A stretch of DNA of 20,000 nt. Source: Rotaria socialis (taxonomy: Eukaryota). The translations under genes and the position numbers were made by a program. The stretch lies in the NCBI GenBank assembly GCA_905331295.1, contig CAJNYD010000096.1, positions 119,947 through 139,946 of the forward strand, in the 5' to 3' direction. The notes under the pieces are model-generated. The model saw only the letters and a program-made list of their open reading frames with translations. It made no database searches and had not been told where the DNA came from. This document shows positions 1 through 11,969 of the stretch, one piece after another (the first letter of the stretch is position 1; each line of letters starts with the position of its first letter).

Positions 1-126
1 TCGTATTGGCTACTGTTTTTGCACGAAAGGGAATATAAGACCTGCTTTGAAAATGCCAGCTGTCCGTTTTTCTCACTATTCAATCGTATTAAATTGAAAT
101 GTATTTTATCTAAAAGCACTGTTAAT

Positions 127-2458
127 ATGATCAAACCATGGTATGTTCTATTATTCTTGATAGTAAGAACATCTACTGTTGAATTTCCGCCGCTGAACCT
201 GTACATTGGTACCGGAGGTTTTGGATATGGTGCAGGAAGCTTACCGCTTGGTGCGCAAAGTCCATATGGTGCACTTCGTGTAAGTCCCGATACAAGTGAT
301 ACACTTGATATTCCAATAAAATTCGAACATTATGCCGGTTATCATTATTCTGATACACATATCAATGTTTTCTCACACACGCATACATTCGGTGCCGGCC
401 TTCAAGATTATGGCGAAGTTGGCATTTTTCCAGTTCAAATCGATGATGATCACCATTTGCAACGTTTAATTTCAAGTCGAAATGGCTACCGAAGTGAATT
501 TAAACATGAACATGAACGAGCTGAGCCTGGTTTTTATCAAGTCTATCTCGATACGCATAACATCAATGTTGAATTAACTGCAACTGAACACGTTGGTGTT
601 CATCGATATTCATTTAATAATACCAATAAAAAGCATCGAGTCATACTTGTGGATAGTAGTTATACACTCCCGTTGAAAGTGTGCAATCTGAGTCATGTGA
701 ATATTGATCCGAAAAATAATGAAATAACTGGCTCCGTCTTTTTCAAAGGAGATTTTTCCAGAAGTTTCGGTGGTTTGTCTACATATTTTACTATTAAGTT
801 TACTAATTGGACAGATTTTGGTGTTTGGACAAATGGTAGTTTAGTACATGAGCAGACAGCGGCCGATGGGTGCTCATCAGGAGCTTACATAATTTTACCT
901 GCCGATCAAGAACAGGTCACAGTTTATGTCGGTATGAGTTTTGTTTCAATTGAACAAGCACGTACAAATTTACAAATGCAAACTCAACTTAAATCGTTCG
1001 ATGCCATTCGTGAAACGGTACAACAGAAATGGCTCAATGAAATTGCTCGTTTCGAAGTATGTTTGATTTTGTTACAAGAGAAAAAACCAAATATTGTTGA
1101 GAAGTCTTGAAACTTAATAGGTTAGTGCTGATTGGAATCATGAAGCCGTCATCAAATTCAATAGTGCAATTGTTCATTCATTGTCGAGTCCGACTCAATG
1201 GGACGAGTCGAACGGTGTCTACTTAGGTTTCGATGGCCAAATTCATACTAAGCCTGATAGTATGGAACATTTCTATACTGATTTATCAATATGGGATGTT
1301 CACCGAACACAAATACCCTTCATTGTTTTCCATGATTCACAACGAGCCAATGATATTATTCGTTCGATTATGCTTATTGTTGAACAAGGTGGTGATTTAC
1401 CGAAATGGCCATTCGCCAATGGATATACAAATTGTATGATTGGCTCACATGCTGATATTTTAATAAGTGACCTAATTATGAAGCATGAGAATAGTAGTTA
1501 TCTCAATATGACACAAGTAATCGAAGCATTAAGAAAAGTAGCCAATCAGCAGCAAGTACATGATAGTCGTTTTAATCCCGATACATATATAAAATATCAA
1601 TATGTACCATTTGATAATGATTCTGGATCGGCACCACTTACACTTAGCTACTCGTATGATGATTGGGCTATTGGCAATGTTATGCATGCTGCAGGTCTTT
1701 TTGATGAAGCACAAGATTATTATAATCGATCGCAATGGTTTGAACATGTATTTGATAATAAAACCAAATTTTTCTGTGCTCGATCCAGTGAGGGCGCTTT
1801 CTTTTGTCCATCCAACGAAATTGAATTTCTCAATCCGTGGGATAATCGTTATGTTGAAGGTAATGCATGGCACTATCGCTTTTTCGTACCACATAATACA
1901 CCACGTCTAGTTGAATTGTTTGGTGGCAAAGAAATATTTGCTCAAGAACTCGATACTTTCTTCATGCGTAGTCGGCTTTGGTCAACAACAGTATTACCTA
2001 ATCCTTATTATTGGCCAGGAAATGAACATGATTTATTTTCTGTTTGGCAATTTAATTATGCTAATCGATCTGATCTTACCCAAAAGCACTCACGTTGGAT
2101 ACTTGATCATGTTTATACGATAAATCCTGATGGATTACCTGGCAACGATGATTATGGAACACTTTCAGCATGGTACATTTTCGCAAGTATGGGTTTCTAT
2201 CCTCTTGCTGGTTCATCTGTTTATCTACTTGGCAGTCCAGCTTTTGATCGTATTACAATTCGTCGTAATAATGGTCAATGCACAGTAACAATTATTGCGC
2301 ATAATAATTCAGCTGAAAATATTTACGTTCAACGTGTATTACTCAACGGAAAACTTCTCTCTACTTTTCCATTCATTGATCATATAGAACATCTGAAATG
2401 TACTACCCAATCATCATCAATTCAACTTGACTTTTTCATGTCATCAACACCATCATAA
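127..2458 (+). CDS. Glycoside hydrolase family 92 (alpha-1,2-mannosidase-like), probably secreted; exons 127-1056 and 1121-2458, ~755 aa
   Basis: ORFs 19..1110 and 1181..2458 join in frame across a 64-nt intron (GTATGT at 1057, TAATAG ending 1120), giving ...ARFE|VSADWNH.... ATG at 127 is followed by a hydrophobic signal-like segment. GH92 motifs are present: YIGTGG, GAQSPYG..SPDT, FSHTH..GAG..DYG, ELTATEHVGVHRY, SIWDVHRT, TLSYSYDDW, YVEGNAWHY, YWPGNEHD, GLPGNDDYGTLSAWY..GFYP. Confidence 0.93.
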
Positions 2459-3113
2459 ATCGGACAAAATAAGTCTTTTTGTAGCAGTCAGGCTGACAGA
2501 TGTAAGAATGAAAGGCATACAGTAATACTCTAATAAGAAAAGTTACTGAACAATCATGAAGAATCGATAAATTTCGATCATTGAACAAAACAAAAGTTAA
2601 AAAAAAGAAGTAGTTAGTAGTACGGTAGCTATTACTTGCTATGCTGTCTAGAGACTTTGTGCAAACATAATAAATAGTCACTATTTGAATTGCGTATCAA
2701 CAGAAAACAAAATTGAAAATAAGGCACATTTCATTCGAATGTATGAAATCTGTGAACAAGGACTAATATGCTTTGAATAGAACGCATTTGTTGATTGCGT
2801 ACATCTGTTGGGGAGAAAACAATTTCAAGGATCATACACGAACTAAGTCTACAATGAAATTTCTATTAGCTATAGAAGATTGTGATGTTTGAATAGTGTG
2901 AAGTGTTATTTCAACAGAACAGCGACCACCAAAATTTATCAGCAGAATGTGTGTTTTAAAAACAAAGTAAATGTTATCATCAACTTTAAATAAGGAACAT
3001 CATTATTACAGCAGCAAATTCGTATTTTCGTAAAATTGTTTGAAACGTTGTCAGTAAGAGATCTGTCTTATTAAGAACTTCGTATTTTCACGTTACAGTA
3101 TCATTAATCTTCA

Positions 3114-4074
3114 ATGGAACAACCGATAAATACAAATACAGAGGAATCTGATAATGAAACTGTTGTCATTGGTAGTCCATCGAATTTCTGGCGATTTTCG
3201 TCTAAGAATGGGTTTGATTTGACTCGAGGAGGCTATGAAGGCAATTTTATTCGTTTTGAGACAACTAAAATGCCTATTACGATTGATCCAGCTCGTTCAG
3301 CTCTGGTAATCATTGATATGCAGAATTTCTTTTTAAATCCAGCAATAAATTCGCATCCAGCGGGTCTAGCTGCATCCCAACAACTATTGGACTATGTGCT
3401 TCCTACTACACGTAAAATTGCCATGCAAGTTATATGGCTCAATTGGGGCCTCACACAAGAAGACATCGATCAGGCACCACCCTCTGTAAAAGCAGCGTTT
3501 CAATCTGACACACTCACTTGTCTACCGAGTGCTGCGCCAAGAAAAAAAATCTACAAAGGTTTTGGTACATCCATAGGCGAGATCAAACTTCCTGATGGAA
3601 AACATGTGGAAGGAGGACGTTTATTGATGCGTGATACGTGGAATGCTAGCCTCTACGATCCACTGCTGGAGAGCTACAACAATAGTCAATCGAGTTCAAA
3701 ACCTGACCAATTGTTTCATAAAGTATGATTATATTGTTGAAGAAAATTTTTCTTGTGAGAACTGCTGTTTCAATCTTATTTAGGCTCGTGTGTCGGGTTT
3801 ATGGTCTCATGAGAGTCCTATACTTAGTTATTTGCAGAGCAATAACATCGTCACACTTTTCTTCGCTGGCGTCAATACTGATCAATGTGTATCTAGCACA
3901 TTGCAAGATGCTCTGAGTAAGAATTTTGATTGCGTTCTATTGCGTGATGCATGTGGCACAAGTAGTCCGTCGTTTGCTCAACAATGTATCGAGTATAATT
4001 GTGCTCTTTATCAAGGGTTTGTCATGGATGTCGAAATGTTTTCCAGAGGAGTTCATAGTCTCGAACAAATGTGA
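3114..4074 (+). CDS. Isochorismatase-family cysteine hydrolase (RutB-like/fungal-type); exons 3114-3722 and 3784-4074, ~299 aa
   Basis: A 61-nt intron (GTATGA at 3723, TTTAG ending 3783) joins LFHK|ARVSGLW in frame. The Asp-Lys-Cys triad motifs are ALVIIDMQNFF, FHK and FFAGVNTDQCV, followed by LLRDACGT. Confidence 0.9.
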
Positions 4075-4897
4075 GCAATTTTTATGTTGTTTGTGGAAAT
4101 TAAAATATATGATTTTAACGAGGATATCGTTTTCAGCACGTTCAAATATATGAAAAAGAAAAGAGTAAATGTTTTAATTCATGTACAACAATACACACAT
4201 CTAATTGTATTTCCATATATGCATCTAGCTTTCATGCAAATCTATTCTCTTCGATGGTAATGATGTAGCAAAATAATGAATGTGTGAGTCAGTGAAATAA
4301 CAGAAGACGCTGCTTCGTTATTGCGTGACGTTAATCGATCACTATGAGACCACGGTAAGTTTTTGCTCACTCCATTTCAAATTCGTTTGAAAGATCAACG
4401 ATTTTGCCACGAATAGTAAGACAGTGTGCTGTCAATCACATGACGGCTGAATTGAGTTGCAAATATGACTATAGTTCAATTATTTTCTAGTGGGCATTTG
4501 TTGAAAGCGACGTCTCAGCTAACGCATAACCTTGAGATTTTTATTATATATGTGTTTGCTTATGAAACAGAACTAGAAATTTGACAAAACAGTGTCATAG
4601 TACATTAACTGCGAAATTCATGAGCAGCATTCTGCTATGGTTGTAAATCGTTATAATTAAAATTTGACAATTTTCTAATAGTGTAGCTTTATTTGTTAGA
4701 GCACACATTTTCGATTTATTTGCTTATAATTGAGGTGAGATTGATTGTATTGCACAATATAACGGAATGAGTACCTTGATCATTGATTCACATTCGATAA
4801 GAGTAAATGTTAGAAAATATCTTCAGAAATATCTCTTTTTCTTATATATATATACGTATATTTAATATTGCTACTCGTTATTGTTGCTGTTGGACGA

Positions 4898-5763
4898 CCC
4901 AGTGAAAAATATTACTAAAAAAGAACGCTAAAGAATGCGTTCCAAAAGAACTGAAGCTCTTTTTTTAAGAAAAGAAAACGTTCCACAACAAATGGAAACC
5001 GTTCTCAAATGGAACGCACTAGAACACATTCTATCATTCTAAGAAGGTGTTCTTGGTCGTTTCGAAATGGAACAGTGAAGAACGCATTCTGCCACTTGTG
5101 GAACGCTTTCTCTTCTTTAAAACGGTTAACCTTTCTGATCACCTGGGTAATCATTAATAGATGAATCTACAATTAGTCAAAAGACTGTACCTGATGCAAC
5201 TTGACGAGCTCTATCGAATGGCGTACTCCAATTCGTTGTAACTGAAACCGTTATTAAAATAATCATTTTTCTAAATCAGACCAAATATCCCTAAAGTAAA
5301 ATCGAATGAAGATTCCATCATTTCTCACATCAATTTCAACCTGCTTTGCTTCAGACCTTTTATTTTAGAATGAAAATGTGGTTTGCTTCGAAAAGAAAAC
5401 ATTCATCTCTTCAGAGAATCCATTGTCTTAAAGGCTCGTGAGAGAACGTAAAAGGAAGCTATTTTATTTCGATGAAATGCTATGTTAACCGTTCCGAAAG
5501 AAAATGAACTAGAATGAATTCTACTGGTTTAAGAATGATTCAGAATGCTTTCTCTTCAAATAGGGAACGATTTTTCAGTATAGAAGAAAGTATTCCATAC
5601 TAGTGTGGAACGGTAAAGAACGAGTTCCTTCAGATCGAGAATATTTCTTTCTGACTCTGAACGCATTCGCTCAAACAAGGAACGCATTCTCTACGTAGGA
5701 GATAGGTTTCCATATCCGCATGAAACCATTCTATTCCGTTTTTTCGAAATATTTTTTACTGCG
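4898..5763. mobile_element. Non-autonomous CMC/EnSpm(CACTA)-like DNA transposon
   Basis: Imperfect 25-bp TIRs (CCCAGTGAAAAATATTACTAAAAAA versus the reverse complement of the right end, CGCAGTAAAAAATATTTCGAAAAAA). GA flanks both ends (2-bp TSD). Many subterminal (A/G)GAACGCATTC-like repeats occur near both ends. No transposase ORF. Confidence 0.65.
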
Positions 5764-6598
5764 GAGAAGGATCAAATTATTAGATTATGCTAGAAACAAA
5801 CTTTGAAATCATGAGCGCGCAACGTTTGCTGAAATGGGATTTCAACATGTTCGATGAAATAGAACATAATCCGTATGTTTGTATCTTTCATTTTCAAAAT
5901 TTCACATAATATTCTATTAGGGAGCTCTGAATAAGAATATAGCGCTTCTCTTGTCTTAAAAGCTATACTACCTGATTCGAAACACACGTTGACCAGTAAT
6001 CATCAGTTTTTGAGTCAATGCCACTTATGTTCGCGTTCACAGTAGTAAAATCGCTCTTACGCTTTTCAATGCTCTAATTTTATCGGCTCTAAAATGATAA
6101 AGCCAAACTCTTTTCGAAAGACTATAACGCGTAAGCTACTCCTCTTATTAATACGTCTCGTTTAACATAATATATTACAGAATACACAGTATTCCACAGT
6201 AACGTTCAATCATAAAATAATTTATGCTCTTACGCTTTTTAAACATATCCATACATCTTGCATTATGTTTTACATTCAAAATCATCACGATTTGAATACT
6301 CTGCTACTATGATGTCACAAGAGAAGGTCTTGTTTTGATATTAGCTCCAATGTAGCAAAATATTTAGACTACAGCACTAGATGTTTCAGTTCAGTTACCA
6401 TCAGACGAGACCTACTCCAAAAATTCATTTAGAATTTCATAAATATATAAGTAGCATGCTAAGTGATAATCGGAGCTTTCTGACACCCTATTAAAGTTGT
6501 TTATGATAGCATCAATCAAGTTTCTGAAAACGTTTCGATGAGCATTGAGAAATCAGGAGATCTTCGTTTTATCAGAGTTACTATTGTTACAATGAGAC

Positions 6599-6794
6599 TA
6601 GGGGTATCACATTTCAGCTTTAATTCCTATCAAAAGAACCGTTCAAGCAGATCAGATCTCATAAAAGACGTCTATATCGATATAGGCATTATTCCAGTGT
6701 AGATCCTAACAGTTCTTAGATCTAATCTGATCTGTCCTAAGAGTTCTTTCGCTCATTTGATCTCAACTTAAATTGGTGAACTGTTATACCCCAA
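6599..6794. mobile_element. hAT-like MITE (~196 bp)
   Basis: Left TIR TAGGGGTATCACATTTCA versus right reverse complement TTGGGGTATAACAGTTCA. Flanking 8-mers AATGAGAC (6591-6598) and AATGAGTC (6795-6802) match 7/8. The interior has inverted AGATCAGA/TCTGATCT motifs. Confidence 0.7.
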
Positions 6795-6850
6795 AATGAG
6801 TCGAGTCACACCATTTGATTGAATCTCACTGATTCTGTTATAGTAGGAAT

Positions 6851-8210
6851 TAGTGATGCAACGGTGACGGTAACCGGTGCATCTGAATGTGTGACGGATT
6901 GCGTTTTTGACACAAAGCACATATGTAAATGACATTATTGTAAATGAAAATTAGTTCTTATAGTTATGTAATACAATATAACTGAAATTTTCAGTTTAAA
7001 TTCATCGATGACTATCACTCTTCCTGATGCTAGTTTTAATTCTTTACTTGATCTATTACTCTGTTTCTAATTCAATTTTACTCTGACTCTTAGAAAAGGG
7101 TATTTTTCATGTAGTATGTGTTTGAAAATTGTTTAAGTTTAATAATAACACAAACACTGCTACCACATGGATATGCGTACGCGTTGCAAGATATTTTTTC
7201 ATTTCGATAAACATATACAGTACCGTCTCCAGTTTGGACACTTAAATTATATACATTTTCCAGCAACATTAAACTTCGATTCCCATGTATAAATTATCTA
7301 GACAATATTAAACTAAAAACTTTAAAACTAAAAACTAGCGATCTTTTAGATATACCCAGGTCGAGCAATCATATTGTAAGATTCGACAAGATCTTGCATG
7401 TGATCTTTTATGATCTTGCACGATCATACGAAAATCATACAAAAAAATCTTAGTTTCTGAGATCTAATATCAATTCGCACAATCAGATTCTTGAAAGATC
7501 TTACACATTAATACGATCTTTCAAGAATCTGATTTTGCGAATTGATCTCAGATCTCAGGAACTACGATCTTTTGTCAGATTCTTGTAAGATTTCGTCCGT
7601 ATTCCAAGATCTTGTATGTGCTTCATAAGATCTTATGTCAGATTTTTCGACCTGGGATATATTCTGACTTATTTGGAGTCGTATGAAAACTAAAACATAG
7701 AATAAGACAATCAGAGTACTGATAATCTTGTATAGTATTAACCTTTAATGGTTTTGAAACAACTTAAATTCTTTATCGACATTGAAATTCAGAATGGTTG
7801 TGCAACACGATCATCCGTAGCATAAAAGTGCAAGTCCACTTATGGTACGTAGTAGGTCAACTATGAGTGCATATATACGCATATAACATCTGTAAATGAG
7901 TACTCAATGCCGGTAAATCTCCTATATATCAGCTCTACTATCAGCAATTCTTAAGAAGATATCTAAAAAAAGGGAAATGGCCAGCGCCATTAACATCTCC
8001 TCAACTTAAAATTTTGACTTTGAATAATTACATTTGTGGTAACTAAAGTATTGGTGTCACCATGGGAGACCAAAACTAATTGTTACAATTAGCAGCTACT
8101 TCCAATCAGAACTAGTTTAGCACGATCGGTTACTGTTAAGAGCCGGTTACCGGTGGATCGGTTACCGATGGACGGTGAACCAGTGATACACCGTCATCCT
8201 TGCGTCCCTA
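6851..8210. mobile_element. Non-autonomous hAT-like element (~1.36 kb) containing a nested MITE
   Basis: Left TIR TAGTGATGCAACGGTGACGGT versus right reverse complement TAGGGACGCAAGGATGACGGT (17/21). Flanking 8-mers GTAGGAAT (6843-6850) and CTAGGAAT (8211-8218) match 7/8. Subterminal CGGTAACCG/CGGTTACCG repeats occur at both ends. Confidence 0.75.
7355..7656. mobile_element. Palindromic MITE with CCCAGGTCGA...TCGACCTGGG ends (CMC-like), nested in the 6851-8210 element
   Basis: Perfect 10-bp TIR with ATA on both sides. The interior has tandem AAGATCTT-like units and a long central hairpin (AATTCGCACAATCAGATTCTTGAAAGATC ... GATCTTTCAAGAATCTGATTTTGCGAATT). Confidence 0.8.
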
Positions 8211-8519
8211 CTAGGAATCCAGCTCAGTCATAAGTCGCTGATTGCATTGGAACACTCAACACTTTAACAACTATATGACTACACTTACAAATGAAGAAAG
8301 AGAAAAAAGATTGATTCCAAGACGATGTTAGCTTAAGTAGATGTCGTTAAGGGACGCTAAACTATTTATAAATATGTTTATGTTTTTTAATATTGTTTTA
8401 TCTGTTACATCATTTGTCGGATATAATCGATTCGCATGATTGATTTGCGTTGCCACGTTGTGTTTTTGCACAATCTGCTCTACTTTTTCTATCTTGATAT
8501 GCAGCATCCTCATATTTTT

Positions 8520-8536
8520 TCTACTACTACTACTAC

Positions 8537-8573
<37 letters not shown>
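8520..8573. repeat. Compound trinucleotide microsatellite (CTA)n(TTA)n
   Basis: Directly visible. It produces the spurious poly-Leu ORF 8440..8706. Confidence 0.95.
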
Positions 8574-8655
8574 GCTGATTTATTATCATATATATTATAC
8601 AATTGTATTAATTGATAATAAAACCATTATAAAACTTATTCTTATATTACACCGT

Positions 8656-8904
8656 CATGTTTCATATGATATAATTATTCTTCCTTTTTATCTTTCGATG
8701 CCTTGAATTTTTCATTCAGAGAAACAAAAATGGTATGCTTAATCGTGTTTCGGTAGCTCAATAATAAGAGCACTGACCCGGTTAACCAGATGTTGTATCT
8801 TGGGCTCGATTCCCGAACGAAATATATCATTTTGTTTTTTCTGAATGAAAATTTTAAAATATCGAAAGATAACAAGAAAGAATAATTATATCATATGAAA
8901 CATG
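8656..8904. repeat. Foldback element with ~80-bp inverted arms enclosing a tRNA-like core
   Basis: CATGTTTCATATGATATAATTATTCTT (from 8656) is the perfect 27-bp reverse complement of the sequence ending at 8904. Imperfect complementarity continues inward to about 8737/8823. Confidence 0.85.
8747..8823 (+). pseudogene. Degenerate tRNA-like sequence (tRNA pseudogene or SINE head); isotype uncertain
   Basis: Acceptor stem GTTTCGG/ACGAAAT pairs 6/7 including G:U. D arm is GCTC-AATAATAA-GAGC (A-box-like TAGCTCAAT). T arm is TTGGG-CTCGATT-CCCGA (B-box-like GGCTCGATTCC). The anticodon stem pairs only 3/5 and the variable region is ~10 nt. Confidence 0.6.
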
Positions 8905-10114
8905 TATAACTCCTTCTAACATCTATTAATCATCTATTAATTACACCTTCACAGCAGGGTATGCTGCTTGTATAGCTCTCGTTCTCGCTTACTATGAGCG
9001 TCATCCCCTAATCTTTCGTGTCATAGAAACTACATTAATTTTAAGTAAATTTTAAGGTGAAATTTTGCATATTGATATAAGTCGTTTTCAATATAGCTCA
9101 AATTTTGTCTGAGAAGCAACGCCGCGTCGAAACACACCCATATAATGAATATTTTAAATAGGGGCGATAAGAACCAAAAATGCTCTGCAAATAAAAGAAC
9201 TTCATGCTAAAACGCAAAGATAGTGTTTTTTCTCAGTTTGCATTGGCATATTAGTTTGATTAAAGCTTTTATTTCTTCGGTATTTTGAATTTTTTCCTCT
9301 GTAGGCCCTTACTACACTGATAGAGAGCACGAGCCTGAGAATATCGTAATAAAACAAAACACCTGATTTGATTTTGCTACTGTCAATAGTGTAAGCTGAG
9401 CTTTTTTCCACAATCGTTCGATGTCAATACAGTGTGTAATATGAAAAGGCTTAACAATAGCATATACTAAAACAAAAAATGATATTGCGATGATTTCTAA
9501 AGTGCAAATCTGATCTTAACTTTTCAAGGTATCGTAAAGTAAACGGTGAAATTTTTTTAAGGCATTTATTTAAATACTATGAAAACTGGAAAGCTTTTGA
9601 AAGCACATCATTTTTCTGAATATTCTTCTAGTGATCATGTCACTGTATCATTGAGACCATGAATCCTTTGTTTAGCTAAATAATATGCATCACGAATCAA
9701 ATACAGTCGATAGCTGAGACGCAATTTGCTATGATTAATCTATTATCTTAGCCTCAACGCCATGCGTACTACCTTGAAAGTGCTCTTTATAATTATTATA
9801 GACTGCGCTGAAGTAATAAATCTGATTAGTGCAACTATACTACAAGTTCCATGACGTTAGTTGAGGTTTATATACTATCGATTAGATCAAGATCATGATT
9901 TTTGTAATAAATTTTCATTAGTAACAAATTTTAAAGAGGACGTGTGAAAGGGAATCAGATTTTATATTGTATCTAACACAAGTGTTATAGTTGGAAAACT
10001 AAGGTTTTCACCACATAACACCAACTGTAATTTAGCGTGAATTTTACTTAAAATGTTGTTTCATGAAACAATTTTGATTATTGATGTTACAAATTCATGC
10101 TATCCGTTGTAGAT

Positions 10115-11969
10115 ATGTCTGAAGAAACTGACTTACAATCGGCGAAAGTGGTAGCCATAGTTGGTGGTGGACTGGTGAGTAGTTGCTGCTATTAATGCAT
10201 TCATTTAGAAAGACTTGTTTGTCTTAGGGAGGAGCACTCTGTGCTTGCTTCTTTGCTAAACATGATATTCAAGTTCATCTCTTTGAACTACGTCCAGGTT
10301 CGCTGCTGTTGTAGTGTGTTTACCTCGAATTCAAATCTTTTCGTGTAGATATTAGAACCCAAAAGGTAGTCAAAGGTCGCAGCATCAATATGGCACTTTC
10401 GCGAAGAGGTCGTGATGCTCTTGCCTATGTAGACTGCGAGACAACTATCGTTAATAATGGTATAGCGATGCGTGCTCGAATGATACATGATTTAGATTGT
10501 ACCAAACATTCTATCCCTTACGGGACACGTCCAGATCATGTAAGCAACTAAACTTGTGTATGCAGCACTTCATGTATACTATTAATTAGGAAATCTTGTC
10601 AATTGATCGACGTGTTCTAAATGAATTATTATTGACTGGTAAGTTAGCCACATTGTATACTAATTTTGATTCAATTCTTCTACTGTACTTGCAGAAGCTA
10701 GTCGCCGACCAAATATTAATATTCATTTTCAACATAAATTTGTTGGCTGGGACGAGGACAATAAGATTGCTAGTTTTGACGAGTAAGTCTAGAGTTATCA
10801 GCATGAGTTTTTTTAATGTTTCAGCTGTCTCTTGTCTTAACCTATAGTGCATCAGGCAATCGAGTTGAGTTTCGTGCCGATGCCGTGATTGGTTATGATG
10901 GGTAAGTATTAGATATACGCGACAGCTTATTCCAGAATGAAAATGTAATATTAAATTAGATGCCATTCGGCCGTACGAACAGCGATGATGAAAACCGATG
11001 CAATTAATGTGGCTCAAGAATATTTCGATACACATTACATGGAATTTTGCATTTCCCCACAGAGCAAACAAGTAATTCAAATGAAATCATACCTAAATCA
11101 AGAGAATATTTTCCTTACTTAGTTTGCTATGGAACCAAACTATTTGCATATTTGGCCCCGTCATCAATTCATGCTTATTGCTTTACCAAATCAAGATATG
11201 TCATTTACAACAACACTTTTCTTACCAATTTCGATATTTCGAAAATTAAAAACGGCTGATGATGTGTTAAACTTTTTTGGTCAGTATTTTCCCGATGCAG
11301 TGTCATTCATTGGTACGAAAGAGATTGTTGAAACATTCTTCTCATCGAAACCTCAACCATTGATCTCTACCAAATGTGAACCACATGCAACATATCGTGG
11401 TGATATGCTTCTCATGGGCGATGCTGCTCATTCAATGGCACCCTTCTATGCTCAAGGTATGAATTCAGCATTTGAAGATTGTATCGTTCTATTCGATAAA
11501 CTAAGAGAAAATGATTTTGACCTTCCGAAAGCATTTGCTTCGTACAAGTAAGTCTGCTAGAACACCAGAGATGCTTTTGTTTATAGAGATTTCTGATTTC
11601 TCTAGTGACGCTCGTGTATGCGATACTCACGCCATAGTCGACTTGTCTATGTACAACCATCGTGAAATGACACATTTAGTCACACTGCGCTCCTTCCATT
11701 GGCGAAAAAAGATCGACAACTTTCTATACAGATTATTTCCTCATTGGTGGATACCGTTGTATACTATGGTGACATTCACACGAATTCCATATCATCAATG
11801 TATGGCACTACGTCAGCGACAGGATCGTACTTTACAAATTGCCCGCCGTATTGGCTACACGCTTGTTGGCTTCTTAGTTGCTCGGCGATTCGTCTGGAAT
11901 ACTATTAAACCATTCGTTGTTCAATTTATTGCTGATGAAGTGTTGCCAAGATTAGAGATAAAAAAATGA
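10115..11969 (+). CDS. KMO: Kynurenine 3-monooxygenase; exons 10115-10174, 10228-10297, 10349-10539, 10590-10638, 10695-10782, 10848-10901, 10960-11071, 11123-11547, 11606-11969; ~470 aa
   Basis: Eight GT-AG introns of 50-65 nt give one open frame. It contains VAIVGGGLGG (FAD-binding), GRSINMALSRRG, MRARMIH, IPYG, SIDRRVLNELLL, DGCHSAVR, MEPNYLHIWPR..FMLIALPNQDMSFT, LMGDAAH..PFYAQGMN..FED, DLSMYN and WIPLYTMVTFTRIPY, plus a C-terminal hydrophobic anchor. Confidence 0.95.

Noticed and set aside
19..126. N-terminal extension of the first ORF from a TTG start
   Set aside because: The context is eukaryotic, and ATG at 127 precedes a signal-like peptide and the GH92 N-terminal motif.
1057..1120. 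Apparent frameshift or pseudogenisation splitting GH92 (and similar breaks in the hydrolase and KMO)
   Set aside because: Each break is resolved by a canonical short GT-AG intron that restores the frame.
4920..5700. GAACGCATTC-like repeats (and the AAGATCTT and ATACG repeats elsewhere) as a CRISPR array
   Set aside because: The units are short, degenerate, irregularly spaced and in both orientations, with no cas genes. They fit transposon subterminal repeats.
6038..6311. Possible CACAG-ended element with GCTCTTACGCTTTT repeated twice
   Set aside because: The TIR match is only about 10/14 and there is no matching TSD, which is insufficient support.
8440..8706. Poly-Leu 88-aa ORF
   Set aside because: Artefact of the (CTA)n(TTA)n microsatellite.
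8747..8823. Functional tRNA gene
   Set aside because: The anticodon stem is broken, the D-loop lacks GG and the T-loop is CTCG rather than TTCG. Retained only as a tRNA-like pseudogene.
10586..11080. 164-aa minus-strand ORF
   Set aside because: Antisense to KMO exons and introns, with no recognisable motifs.
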